Source: Octopus vulgaris (Eukaryota). Taken from it: a stretch of DNA of 64,000 bases. Shown here in pieces: positions 1 through 11,669 of this stretch (position 1 is its first letter; every line of letters begins with the position of its first letter). A program made the position numbers and the translations under genes. The stretch is from the NCBI GenBank assembly GCA_951406725.2, contig OX597843.1, positions 7,502,001 through 7,566,000 of the forward strand, in the 5' to 3' direction. Under the pieces are notes generated by a model. It saw only the letters and a list, made by a program, of their open reading frames with translations. It was not told the origin of the DNA and ran no database searches.

Positions 1-3000
1 TGGTACTGGGTAAGGCCACGCTTGAAATGGTATTTTTTTACATGCCATGGGTACAGGGTCCAGTCTGGTGGTACTGGGTACGGCCACGCTTGAAATGGTA
101 TTTTTTTACATGCCATGGGTACAGGGGCCAGTCTAGTGGTACAGGGGCCAGTCTAGTGGTACTGGGTACGGCCACGCTTGAAATGGTATTTTTTTACATG
201 CCACGGGTACAGGGGCCAGTCTGGTGGTACTGGGTACGGCCACGCTTGAAATGGTATTTTTTTACATGCCATGGGTACAGGGGCCAGTCTGGTGGTACTG
301 GGTACGGCCACGCTTGAAATGGTATTTTTTTACATGCCACGGGTACAGGGGCCAGTCTGGTGGTACTGGGTACGGCCAGGCTTGAAATGGTATTTTTTTA
401 CATGCCATGGGTACAGGGGCCAGTCTGGTGGTACTGGGTACGGCCACGCTTGAAATGGTATTTTTTTACATGCCATGGGTACAGGGGCCAGTCTGGTGGT
501 ACTGGGTACGGCCACGCTTGAAATGGTATTTTTTTACATGCCACGGGTACAGGGGCCAGTCTGGTGGTACTGGGTACGGCCACGCTTGAAATGGTATTTT
601 TTTACATGCCACGGGTACAGGGGCCAGTCTGGTGGTACTGGGTACGGCCACGCTTGAAATGGTATTTTTTTACATGCCATGGGTACAGGGGCCAGTCTGG
701 TGGTACTGGGTACGGCCACGCTTGAAATGGTATTTTTTTACATGCCACGGGTACAGGGGCCAGTCTGGTGGTACTGGGTACGGCCACGCTTGAAATGGTA
801 TTTTTTTACATGCCACGGGTACAGGGGCCAGTCTGGTGGTACTGGGTACGGCCATGCTTGAAATGGTCTTTTTTACATGCCATGGGTACAGGGGCCAGTC
901 TGGTGGTACTGGGTACAGCCACGCTTGAAATGGTATTTTTTTACATGCCATGGGTACAGGGGCCAGTCTGGTGGTACTGGGTACGGCCACGCTTGAAATG
1001 GTATTTTTTTACATGCCACGGGTACAGGGGCCAGTCTGGTGGTACTGGGTACGGCCACGCTTGAAATGGTATTTTTTTACATGCCACGTGTACAGGGGCC
1101 AGTCTGGTGGTACATGCCACGCTTGAAATGGTATTTTTTTACACAGGGTACAGGGGCCAGTCTGGTGGTACTGGGTACGGCCACGCTTGAAATGGTATTT
1201 TTTTACATGCCACGGGTACAGGGGCCAGTCTGGTGGTACTGGGTACGGCCACGCTTGAAATGGTATTTTTTTACATGCCACGGGTACAGGGGCCAGTCTG
1301 GTGGTACTGGGTACGGCCACGCTTGAAATGGTCTTTTTTTACATGCCACGGGTACAGGGGCCAGTCTGGTGGTACTGGGTACGGCCACGCTTGAAATGGT
1401 ATTTTTTTACATGCCACGGGTACAGGGGCCAGTCTGGTGGTACTGGGTACGGCCACGCTTGAAATGGTATTTTTTTACATGCCACGGGTACAGGGGCCAG
1501 TCTGGTGGTACTGGGTACGGCCACGCTTGAAATGGTATTTTTTTACATGCCACGGGTACAGGGGCCAGTCTGGTGGTACTGGATACAGCCACGCTTGAAA
1601 TGGTATTTTTTTACATGCCATGGGTACAGGGGCCAGTCTGGTGGTACTGGGTACAGCCACGCTTGAAATGGTATTTTTTTACATGCCATGGGTACAGGGG
1701 CCAGTCTGGTGGTACTGGGTATGGCCACGCTTGAAATGGTATTTTTTTACATGCCATGGGTACAGGGGCCAGTCTGGTGGTACTGGGTACGGCCACGCTT
1801 GAAATGGTATTTTTTTACATGCCATGGGTACAGGGGCCAGTCTGGTGGTACTGGGTACGGCCACGCTTGAAATGGTATTTTTTTACATGCCATGGGTACA
1901 GGGGCCAGTCTGGTGGTACTGGGTACGGCCACGCTTGAAATGGTATTTTTTTACATGCCACGGGTACAGGGGCCAGTCTGGTGGTACTGGGTACGGCCAC
2001 GCTTGAAATGGTATTTTTTTACATGCCACGGGTACAGGGGCCAGCCAGTACTGCCACGCTGAAATGGTATTTTTACTGGGTACGGCCACGCTTGAAATGG
2101 TATTTTTACATGCCACGGGTACAGGGGCCAGTCTGGTGGTACTGGGTACGGCCACGCTTGAAATGGTATTTTTTTACATGCCACGGGTACAGGGGCCAGT
2201 CTGGTGGTACTGGGTACGGCCACGCTTGAAATGGTATTTTTTTACATGCCACGGGTACAGGGGCCAGTCTGGTGGTACTGGGTACGGCCACGCTTGAAAT
2301 GGTATTTTTTTACATGCCACGGGTACAGGGGCCAGTCTGGTGGTACTGGGTACGGCCACGCTTGAAATGGTATTTTTTTACATGCCACGGGTACAGGGGC
2401 CAGTCTGGTGGTACTGGTACGGCCACGCTTGAAATGGTATTTTTTTACATGCCACGGGTACAGGGGCCAGTCTGGTGGTACTGGGTACAGCCACGCTTGA
2501 AATGGTATTTTTTTACATGCCATGGGTACAGGGGCCAGTCTGGTGGTACTGGGTACAGCCACGCTTGAAATGGTATTTTTTTACATGCCACGGGTACAGG
2601 GGCCAGTCTGGTGGTACTGGGTACGGCCACGCTTGAAATGGTATTTTTTTACATGCCATGGGTACAGGGGCCAGTCTGGTGGTACTGGGTACGGCCACGC
2701 TTGAAATGGTATTTTTTTACATGCCATGGGTACAGGGGCCAGTCTGGTGGTACTGGGTACGGCCACGCTTGAAATGGTATTTTTTTACATGCCATGGGTA
2801 CAGGGGCCAGTCTGGTGGTACTGGGTACGGCCACGCTTGAAATGGTATTTTTTTACATGCCATGGGTACAGGGGCCAGTCTGGTGGTACTGGGTACGGCC
2901 ACGCTTGAAATGGTATTTTTTTACATGCCATGGGTACAGGGGCCAGTCTGGTGGTACTGGGTACGGCCACGCTTGAAATGGTATTTTTTTACATGCCATG

Positions 3001-3247
3001 GGTACAGGGGCCAGTCTGGTGGTACTGGGTACGGCCACGCTTGAAATGGTATTTTTTTACATGCCATGGGTACAGGATCAGTCTGGTGGTACTGGGTACA
3101 GCCACGCTTGAAATGGTATTTTTTTACATGCCACGGGTACAGGGGCCAGTCTGGTGGTACTGGGTACAGCCACGCTTGAAATGGTATTTTTTTACATGCC
3201 ATGGGTACAGGGGCCAGTCTGTTGGTACTGGGTACGGCCACGCTTGA
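1..3247. repeat. 68-bp tandem satellite (about 48 copies, continues past the window start)
   Basis: Unit TGGTGGTACTGGGTACGGCCACGCTTGAAATGGTATTTTTTTACATGCCA(C/T)GGGTACAGGGGCCAGTC repeated with a 68-bp period. The ORF track repeats with the same period. Confidence 0.98.
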
Positions 3248-4118
3248 ATGTTTTGTTCATGTGCCAGTAAGGTGATGCTGGTAATGAACACGCTCAAATG
3301 GTGCTTTTTACGTGCCCACCGGCACAGAAACCAGACAGCTGCTCTGGCAGTGATCCCGCACAGCAGTAAAAGAAATCGTAAAAAATAGGGATTTTCATAG
3401 AAAACAAGCACCTTTTTGATGTAAATAATTATTGGTGTTTACATGGTCGGATTTGAATTTTATCTTCTATGGAATGAAGAGCAAGCCTTCTTCTATCATA
3501 CTCTCAATTTTGGTCAACTTTCGCCTCAGGGCCTCGGAGGAGATAGTGTTAGTTGAAGGCTATCAAACCTGCCACACACAGACAACTTCAGCTTTATAAA
3601 TCGTAAAAAGCACCTTTTTGATGTAAATAATTTTTGGTCTTAACATGGTCCGATTTGAATTTTATCTTCTATGGAATGAAGAGCAAGCCTTCTTCTATCA
3701 TACTCTTAAAACCTCTATGCCCTCTATATCTCCTTAACCCCTACACAAAACCTTGTTCTTACCTGACATCTCCAGTCCTACCCAAGCTTGTCTATGTCTG
3801 TAACCCCTACTGGCTCCTACCAAACTTAGCTCAAATGCCCTAATCTTGTTTATCTACATTTCTTTAAACCCCACCACAAAAGCCTATTGGCCCTTGTCCT
3901 TACATCCCTACTGCAAACCACTAAGCCTGTCTGTCAACCACTAAACCCTTCCACAAATTATTTTGCCCCTACCAAACACATCTCCAGCTTCCTAGGCCTG
4001 TCCATCTGTATATCACTAACCCCTAACATAAACGCCCGTTAACCCTTACCAAAGATAGCCCCAGTCTGTTAAGCCTGTCTCTCTCTATGTCTCACTCTTC
4101 TCCAATCTTCTTTTGCAG

Positions 4119-4181
4119 AGTAAATCATTCCGAGAGAAAATGAAAATAGACGACCTGTTGGAGAACTACGTCCCACCCGAG
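4119..4181 (+). CDS. SEC14L2-family / retinal-binding-protein-like gene, first exon in window (SKSFREKMKIDDLLENYVPPE)
   Basis: Polypyrimidine tract + TTTTGCAG acceptor, GT donor at 4182, 63 bp, phase 0/0. The peptide matches the ...PPE motif that precedes the CRAL-TRIO domain. Confidence 0.85.
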
Positions 4182-4192
4182 GTATATATACA

Positions 4193-4665
4193 TATATACA
4201 CCCACCTTTATTGTATAAACACAATAATCATCATTGTAAAAATATTATCATCACATTATATACACCCACCTTTATTGTATAAACACAAGAATCATCATTG
4301 TAAAAATATTATCATCACATTATATACACCCACCTTTATTGTATAAACACAAGAATCATCATTGTAAAAATATTATCATCACATTATATACACCCACCTT
4401 TATTGTATAAACACAAGAATCATCATTGTAAAAATATTATCATCACATTATATACACCCACCTTTATTGTATAAACACAAGAATCATCATTGTAAAAATA
4501 TTATCATCACATTATATACACCCACCTTTATTGTATAAACACAATAATCATCATTGTAAAAATATTATCATCACATTATATACACCCACCTTTATTGTAT
4601 AAACACAATAATCATCATTGTAAAAATATTATCATCACATTATATACACCCACCTTTATTGTATA
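4193..4665. repeat. 64-bp minisatellite (about 7.3 copies) starting about 10 bp after the exon donor
   Basis: CCCACCTTTATTGTATAAACACAA... recurs at 4201, 4265, 4329, 4393, 4457, 4521, 4585, 4649. Confidence 0.95.
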
Positions 4666-5318
4666 CAACCACCTTTAATGTCTGCTTGTCATGCTGGCAT
4701 GGGTTGGACAATTTGACAGGGGCTGGCGAGTCAGAAGACTGCAGCAGGCTTCACTGTCTGTTTTGGCAGGGTTCTTTTACAGTTGGAAGCCCTTCCAAAT
4801 GCCACCCACCTCACAGAGTGAACCAACTGCTTTTTACATAGCACAAGCACTGATGAGGCCTATTTTAGCACACACACACACACACATTTACGAAAAATAT
4901 ATATACACAAACACATTTATTGTTGTTGTTGTTAAGGAACAAGACGGGTAAAGGTGATTAGGTGATGGTCTAGGGCTTAGGGGCGGGAGACCCCAGACCT
5001 TGGGAAAAAAATCAAACTTTGGTCGTCTTCTTGTAATCGAGGGCTCTTCGTTGACGCCCGACACCACTGGGAGGTGGCCCTCGAGGACACTGGAAATGGA
5101 GATCTCCAGGTCCAAATTCTTGAATGGCAACACATTTATTGTATATACACACAGACACCTTGAAGTGTGGCTGTGTGGTATGAAGCTTGCTTCCCAACCA
5201 CATGGTTCTGAGTTCAGTCCCACCATGTGACATCGTGAGCAAGCGTCTTCTACTCCAGCCTTGGGCTGACCAAAGCCTTGTGAGTGGATTTGGTAGATGG
5301 AAACTGAAAGAAGTCGGT

Positions 5319-5365
<47 letters not shown>

Positions 5366-5476
5366 ATGTATGTATATATATATATAGGGAGAGTTTATGG
5401 AAAAAACAAAAGACGAAGACAGGTGGTGTACAAAACAAGCAGATGTATTAGTATAACGCTCAGGAATAGAAAAAGT

Positions 5477-5512
5477 CTTTTACGTTTCGAGCCCATGCTC
5501 TTCTACAGAAAG
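5477..5512 (-). ncRNA. Minimal hammerhead-like motif, variant core
   Basis: Minus strand CTTT-CTGTAGA-A-GAGC-atgg-GCTC-GAAA-C-GTA-AAAG. Stems I and II pair, stem III is reduced to the ACGT palindrome, core CUGUAGA deviates from CUGANGA. Related copy at 54946-54981. Confidence 0.5.
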
Positions 5513-5773
5513 GGACACAGAAAAAACAAGGAGAGAAAAAAATGTGTGTAATGGCTAACGATCTATCATGGGACTAGTGCCAGACAGAAGGGTCAAACAC
5601 GAGGAGGAAAGTAGGGGAGATAACAAGGTAAAGATGACTCCCAACACAAAGGTGTGTGTGTGTGTGTGTATAAGAGAGTATGTATGTGCGTGTGAAAGGG
5701 GGCTGGTGGTATCGACGTGTGCGTGTATGTATGTGTAGGTGTGAAGATGTGGGGATGGGTGATATATAGATGT

Positions 5774-5814
<41 letters not shown>

Positions 5815-5817
<3 letters not shown>

Positions 5818-6370
5818 GATGTTACGGTTTAAGTATCAGTGTACTAACGGAAGTACCAGATACATTTCAAAAAAGTGTTTTTTTATATATGGGAGAGTTA
5901 GGGTTAGGGTTTGGATTAGGGTTTCTGTTAGGGGGCGAGCTGGCAGAGACGTTAGCACCTCGGGCGAAAGGCTTAGCGGTATTTTGCCTGTTATTACGTT
6001 CTGAGTTCAAATTCCGCCGAGGTCGACTTTGCCTTTCATCCTTTCGGGGTCGATAAATTAAGTACCAGATACGCACTGGGGTCGATGTAATCGACTTAAT
6101 ACCTATGTCTGTCCTTGTTTGTCCCCTCTGTGTTTAGCCCCTTGTGGGCAATAAAGAAATAGGTATGCTTCGGTATATGTACACACGTGACTTTGTTTAT
6201 AATTTCTGAAGATAACAGAAACTCTTTTCTCCCACTCCTAACACAAACCCTAACCCTAACAGAAACCCTAACCCTAATCCTAACCCCCCCCCATATATAT
6301 AAGAAACACTTTTTTTGAAATGTATCCGGTACTTCCAGAAGTACACCAGTACTTGTACCGTAACATCGCC
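5815..6370. mobile_element. MITE with long TIRs containing TTAGGG-like repeats, interrupted by a SINE-like insert (~5934-6165)
   Basis: GGCGATGTTACGGT... / ...ACCGTAACATCGCC termini, with about 115 bp imperfect inverted arms. Confidence 0.8.
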
Positions 6371-6555
6371 TTTCATTTCTCTCACTGACCATTGTCTTTA
6401 ATAGCGGCATTCCTTGTGATCATGATTCTAGCTGTCCGTTCCCTGAGACAGTTATTTAACAGCGCTAGTGCTGTGCAAGTAATGTTCTTGGAGTAAGGGA
6501 GATAATTCTGGTTGATCCAGTTATCCAACAATTTTTACGTGAGTGATTGAAACTG

Positions 6556-6606
<51 letters not shown>

Positions 6607-6611
<5 letters not shown>

Positions 6612-7004
6612 CATAAGGGGGATCAGCCATCTGAATGTGGCTAGGGAAAGGGCGGGGTAGTGGGGGTGTTACTGATGCATTTAGCCCCAGGCGATCATCG
6701 ACGTCACCAGAAGGGCTGACACCATCTCGGTGTCCTTGCCAGCCTGCAAAGGGAGATCAGCCTCCCCGAAGATATGGATACTACATACGGACCGGTTTCG
6801 AGGTTATTGCCTCTTGTCAACGCATGGCAAGTACCGTTCTTCATTGAGGGACTTCCTCTACAGGCTGGATATATAGGGATTTTCACAGTAACCACAGTCA
6901 CTGGCATAGAAAATCCGTTCGAAAACAATAATAAATCTCTGAGCGAGATATAAACAGTAACTGCTCTATAACATAAGGGGGATCAGCCATCTGAATGTGG
7001 CTAG

Positions 7005-7007
<3 letters not shown>
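6607..7007 (-). mobile_element. 360-bp terminally redundant retrozyme/Penelope-pLTR-like element in a (TA)n tract
   Basis: 41-bp direct repeat at 6607-6647 and 6967-7007, flanked by (TA)n. Internal hammerhead-like motif at 6785-6825 (-): ATGCG-TTGACAA-GAGG..CCTC-GAAA-CCG-GTC-CGTAT, core degenerate. Confidence 0.7.
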
Positions 7008-7044
<37 letters not shown>

Positions 7045-7222
7045 AATATTAGGGAATAAATCCAAATTTACAAGGAAAAATCAGATTTAAGATTGAATCC
7101 AATTTTATAGTAAAATATTATATTATATCAAATTAGAGACAAAACCACTATTATGCAAATCAAACAAAGAAAGACTTAAGCCAATACATAAAATAATTTA
7201 AAACTCGCTAAGAAGGTTTTGA

Positions 7223-7274
7223 AACCACCTGAAGAATATCTAAGATGTGCTGACACGAAACGATCGTAGTGGTT
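7223..7274 (+). ncRNA. Minimal type I hammerhead ribozyme in the loop of a hairpin element (7041-7380)
   Basis: AACCAC-CTGAAGA-(weak stem II)-GAAA-C-GATC-G-TA-GTGGTT. 6-bp stem I, palindromic ACGATCGT stem III, GUA site. Confidence 0.7.
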
Positions 7275-7372
7275 ATTCATATGTTAAATTTTAATTTATA
7301 TAAATTATTTTATGTATTGGCTTAAGTCTTTCTTTGTTTGATTTGCATAATAGTGGTTTTATCTCTAATTTG

Positions 7373-7419
<47 letters not shown>

Positions 7420-7592
7420 TCAACATATGGCTATGATGCTCCCCCACTACTTCTGATCGTGGTCAGAGATGCACATATCGTTAGCCACTAAGGGACATGC
7501 TCAACTGGTTAAGTCCAAACAACTGACAAGCAAATCTGTGGTATTGAGCAGAATATTTGCTGTAGGCCATCTTCTATACCATGTAGCCCATC

Positions 7593-7654
<62 letters not shown>

Positions 7655-7678
7655 CATTTATGTTTTATATTTCTTCAG

Positions 7679-7867
7679 GTCATTACAAAGTACATGCCAG
7701 GAGGTGATGTTGGCCATGACAAAGAAGGCTCCCTCATCCGTATCGTCCCATGGGGGGAGTTGGACATGAAGGGGATCATGTCTTCAACGAAAAGATCTGA
7801 TTTGGTAAAAAGTAAATTGATCCAGTTTGAAAACGTCCTTGAGGACTGCAAGATCATGTCACAGAAG
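7679..7867 (+). CDS. SEC14L2/RALBP-like exon 2 ([17 protein letters not shown]...DCKIMSQK), CRAL-TRIO domain
   Basis: TTCTTCAG acceptor, GTGAAC donor, 189 bp. GG.GHDKEG and LDMKG motifs typical of SEC14-like proteins. Confidence 0.95.
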
Positions 7868-7969
7868 GTGAACTTTGTTACTCCACCGACTATTATTGTT
7901 GTTTTTGCTGTTTTTGTTGCTGCTGCCACTGCTATTATTATCATTGTTGGCTCATATATATATATGACA

Positions 7970-8141
7970 GGCGCAGGAGTGGCTGTGTGGTAAGTAGCTT
8001 GCTAACCAACCACATGGTTCCGGGTTCAGTCTCATTGTGTGACACCTTGGGCAAGTGTCTTCTGCTATAGCTCCCGGGCCGACCAAAGCCTTGTGAGTGG
8101 ATTTGGTAGACGGAAACTGAAAGAAGCCTGTCGTATATATG

Positions 8142-8174
<33 letters not shown>

Positions 8175-8390
8175 TTGTGTGTCTGTGTTTGTCCCCCTAG
8201 CATTGCTTGACAGCCGATGCTGGTGTGTGTTTACGTCCCCGTCACTTAGCAGTTCGGCAAAAGAGACCGATTGAATAAGTACTGGGCTTACAAAGAATAA
8301 GTCCCGGGGTCGATTTGCTTGACCAAAGGCGGTGCTCCAGCATGGCCGCAGTCAAATGACTGAAACAAGTAAAAGAGTAAAAGAGAAAAG
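7970..8390 (+). mobile_element. Full-length tRNA-derived SINE (family A; many more copies, e.g. 10235-10667 -, 10945-11335 -, 19670-20120 -, 20945-21485 -, 26590-27165 -, 43560-43920 +)
   Basis: Pol III A-box (TGGCTGTGTGG) and B-box (GGTTCAGTC) head, internal (TA)/(TG) tract, GTAAAAGA-type tail. Recurs throughout the window. Confidence 0.85.
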
Positions 8391-8518
8391 AGTATATATA
8401 TATAAATTAATAAATAAAATATATGCATACATACATACATATATGTACGTACCTACATCTACATGTATATACATACATGCATATATAAATATATATATGT
8501 GAGTACAGGACACCACTA

Positions 8519-8565
8519 CCTTCGAAACACGCATTGAATCGAACCAGGGGCAGCTGATGAAGGGG
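8519..8565 (+). ncRNA. 5'-truncated copy of the rearranged hammerhead family inside a hairpin element (8400-8830)
   Basis: CCTTC-GAAAC-ACG-linker-AGGGGCAG-CTGATGA-AGGGG. The GUC strand is removed at the inversion junction. Arms 8400-8516 / 8676-8787. Confidence 0.65.
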
Positions 8566-8864
8566 AATTTTCCTTGTATTGTTTGTCTTGTACTCTGTTT
8601 TTTCGTTGTTAAAAAAAGGTCCGTTTCCATGTTGGTTTTTATGTTTTCGTTTCTCGTTGAGTTCTACGTCTATTTGTGGTGTCCTGTACTCACGTATATA
8701 TATTTATATATGCATGTATATATACATGTAGATGTAGGTACGTACATATATGTATGTATGTATGCATATGTTTTATTTATTAATTTATTGCATGACTGAG
8801 CGCCCTCGCGTCGTTTCATTTCTTTTCTGTTCTCCAAGTAAGTTTTTATATATATATATATATA

Positions 8865-9381
8865 TCTATATATATAAAACTCTAGTTGTGTGAGTGTCTG
8901 TCCCCTTCGATTTAGATTCCTAACTACTCCCACATTTTGCGGTGCAGTTTAAGCAAATTCGGGTATCTTATAGTCGTGATTCATATCGAGCCCGTCTGGC
9001 TGGCTATTAGCGTGCATCTATGATGAGTCTACGATTTAAAAAATAATTTAACATCATTTTTTATTCCATTTTAATGCATAATTTTTCGTGTGTCGATGGC
9101 GGCGGAGTTGGCGTCCACGCTCACAGCTGCACCTGTTTGCTTCTCCCCCTTCTTCCCTCCCTCGTGAAGCTGTGGGGAAGGGAGTGTAAAGAAATCAACG
9201 TCGTAATGCGTTGTCAAGGAGACCAGCGTTTTTTTAGAACAACGACTTCATGGCTTGAAGACACCAAAACAGAAATGGCTAAGAAAGCCCAAATTGGCAT
9301 CTATAAGGGAAGTAACTCCCTAAAAATGCTTATATAGTTATTTCCCTTACAAACCCGAGCAACGCCGGGCGATACTGCTAG
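8865..9381 (+). mobile_element. Non-autonomous Helitron-like element (related copy 23882-24261)
   Basis: 5' TC start, 3' GC-rich hairpin CCCG..CGGG followed by CTAG then T. The 3' ~65 bp is shared by both copies. Confidence 0.7.
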
Positions 9382-9400
9382 TATATATATATATATATAT

Positions 9401-9736
9401 AATATAATTCGAGACAAAACCACTATTTTAAAATCAAACAAGGAAAGACTTAATCAATACATAAAATTTTAATATAAATTAAATAAACCGCCACTACAAT
9501 TGTTTCCTGTCTGCTACTGACATTCTTCAGGTGGATTTTCGATCTTCTAATCAGTATCAAATTATGACTTCATAATTTGATACTGATTAGAAGATCGAAA
9601 ATCCACCTGAAGAATGTCAGTAGCAGACAGGAAACAATTGTAGTGGCGGTTTATTTAATTTATATTAAAATTTTATGTATTGATTAAGTCTTTCCTTGTT
9701 TGATTTTAAAATAGTGGTTTTGTCTCGAATTATATT
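9401..9736. repeat. About 167-bp-arm palindrome (2-nt spacer) within a Penelope-like element in (TA)n (9401-9822)
   Basis: 9401-9567 is the reverse complement of 9570-9736. Same family as 7041-7380. Confidence 0.95.
9603..9646 (+). ncRNA. Minimal type I hammerhead ribozyme (mirror copy 9491-9534 on minus strand)
   Basis: CCAC-CTGAAGA-A-TGTC-agtagca-GACA-G-GAAA-C-AATT-G-TA-GTGG. Predicted cleavage after A9642. Confidence 0.8.
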
Positions 9737-9818
9737 ATATAATATTTTACTATAAAATTGGATTTAACCCTAAATCTGATTTTTCCCTGTAATTTTGGAT
9801 TCGTTCCCTAATATTTAT

Positions 9819-9853
<35 letters not shown>

Positions 9854-10128
9854 CCAATAAGGGAGATGTGTGTACATGGTAGCTAGACCTAGAAATAGCA
9901 ACTAAAATTCTCTCAAATCACACCCTACTGTCTTATGCAGGTGTATATGTATGTGTGAGCCAATGAGGGCGATGTCTTCATGGTAGCTATACCTGCAAGA
10001 AATAGCAGCTATATCTTTGTTAAAATCTTTGATCATAAGTCTACTGGATCTGTGAGCGACCTGTGGCTAAACAGCGTCAACATTAATGCATAGGGATGAT
10101 AACAATTCTGTTTTGACTTGTGTTTCAG

Positions 10129-10204
10129 ATTGAACGACGGGTTATTGGACAAACTGTCATTTTTGACATGGAAAATGTTGGTACCAGACATCTGTGGAAG
10201 CCAG
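10129..10204 (+). CDS. SEC14L2/RALBP-like exon 3 (IERRVIGQTVIFDMENVGTRHLWKP)
   Basis: TGTTTCAG acceptor, GTAGGT donor, 76 bp, phase 0/1. IFDMENVG..HLWKP motif. Not in the ORF track. Confidence 0.93.
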
Positions 10205-10439
10205 GTAGGTGCATTATGTATATTTTTTTTTTGTTTTTTACTTGTTTCAGTCATTTGACTGCGGCCATGCTGGAGCACCGCCTTTAGTCGAGCAAATCGA
10301 CCCCGGGACTTATTCTTTGTAAGCCCAGTACTTATTCTATCGGTCTCTTTTGCCGAACCGCTAAGTGACAGGGACGTAAACACACCAGCATCGGTTGTCA
10401 AGCGATGTTAGGGCAACAAACACAAACATACATGCACAT

Positions 10440-10502
<63 letters not shown>

Positions 10503-11669
10503 TACGACAGGCTTCTTTCAGTTTCCGTCTACCAAATCCACTCACAAGACATTGGTCGGCCTGAGGCTATAGTAGAAGACACTTGCCCCAGGTGTCATGC
10601 AGTGGGACTGAACCCGGAACCATGTGGCTGGTAAGCAAGCTACTTACCACACAGCCACTCTTGCGCCTATATATGTGTGTGTGTATTATATATATTTTAT
10701 CTTTTACTTGTTTCAGTCGTTAGACTGCAACCATGCTGGGGCACCACTTCAAAGAATTTTTAATCAAATGAACCAACCTAGTACCTTTATTGTTTTCTTT
10801 TCAAGCCTGGGACTTATTTTATCAGTCTCTTTTGCCAAACAGCTAAGTTACAGGGAAGTAAACACACAGACACCAGTTGTCAAGCAACGGGACAAACACA
10901 CACAAAGACTCATACATATATATATATACTCTTTTTTCCCTTTTAATTGTTTCAGTCATTTGACTGCGGCCATGCTGGAGCACCGCCTTTAGTCGAGCAA
11001 ATCGACCCCGGGACTTATTGTTTGTAAGCCCAGTACTTATTCTATTGGTCTCTTTTGCCGAACCGCTAAGTGACGGGGACGTAAACACACCAGCATCGGT
11101 TGTCAAGCAATGCTAGGGGGACAGACACACAAACACACACACACACATACATATATATATATACATATATACGACAGGCTTCTTTCAGTTTCCGTCTACC
11201 AAATCCACTCACAAGGCATTGGTCGGCCTGGGGCTATAGCAGAAGACACTTGCCCAAGATGTCACGCAGTGGGACTGAACTGGAACCATGTGGTTGGTTA
11301 GCAAGCTACTTACCTCACAGCCACTCCTGCGCCTATATGATGGGCTTCTTTTAGTTTCCATCTACCAAATACACAAAGGAGATGGTATAGCGCTGAGATA
11401 TGTGGTGCCGGGGCTATAGTAGAAGACACTTGCCCAAGGGGTCGATTTGCTCGACTATAGGCGGTGCTCCATCATGGCCACAGTCACATGACTGAAACAA
11501 GTAAAAGAGTAAAGAGTATGCATGGATATGCACACACAAAAATATGAATACGTAATACTGTTCCTTTGTAGGTAGACCCCAGAAAATTAATCAAGAATAC
11601 TCCACCCAGGGATAGAGGGGTGTTGTTTAATAAATTCAGGATTCATGTATGAGCTACCATTATTTCCAT

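Noticed and set aside
1-3247. Dozens of 60-106 aa ORFs, and a superficially CRISPR-like regular array
   Set aside because: The ORFs are translations of a 68-bp satellite. Units are contiguous with no unique spacers and no cas genes, in a eukaryotic context.
4888-5230. GC-richer stretch with 76-112 aa ORFs on both strands
   Set aside because: No recognisable motif or splice context, and the ORFs run into SINE and microsatellite sequence.
7970-8050. tRNA-like A/B boxes here and in other SINE heads
   Set aside because: No complete cloverleaf; they are 5' parts of multi-copy SINEs, not tRNA genes.
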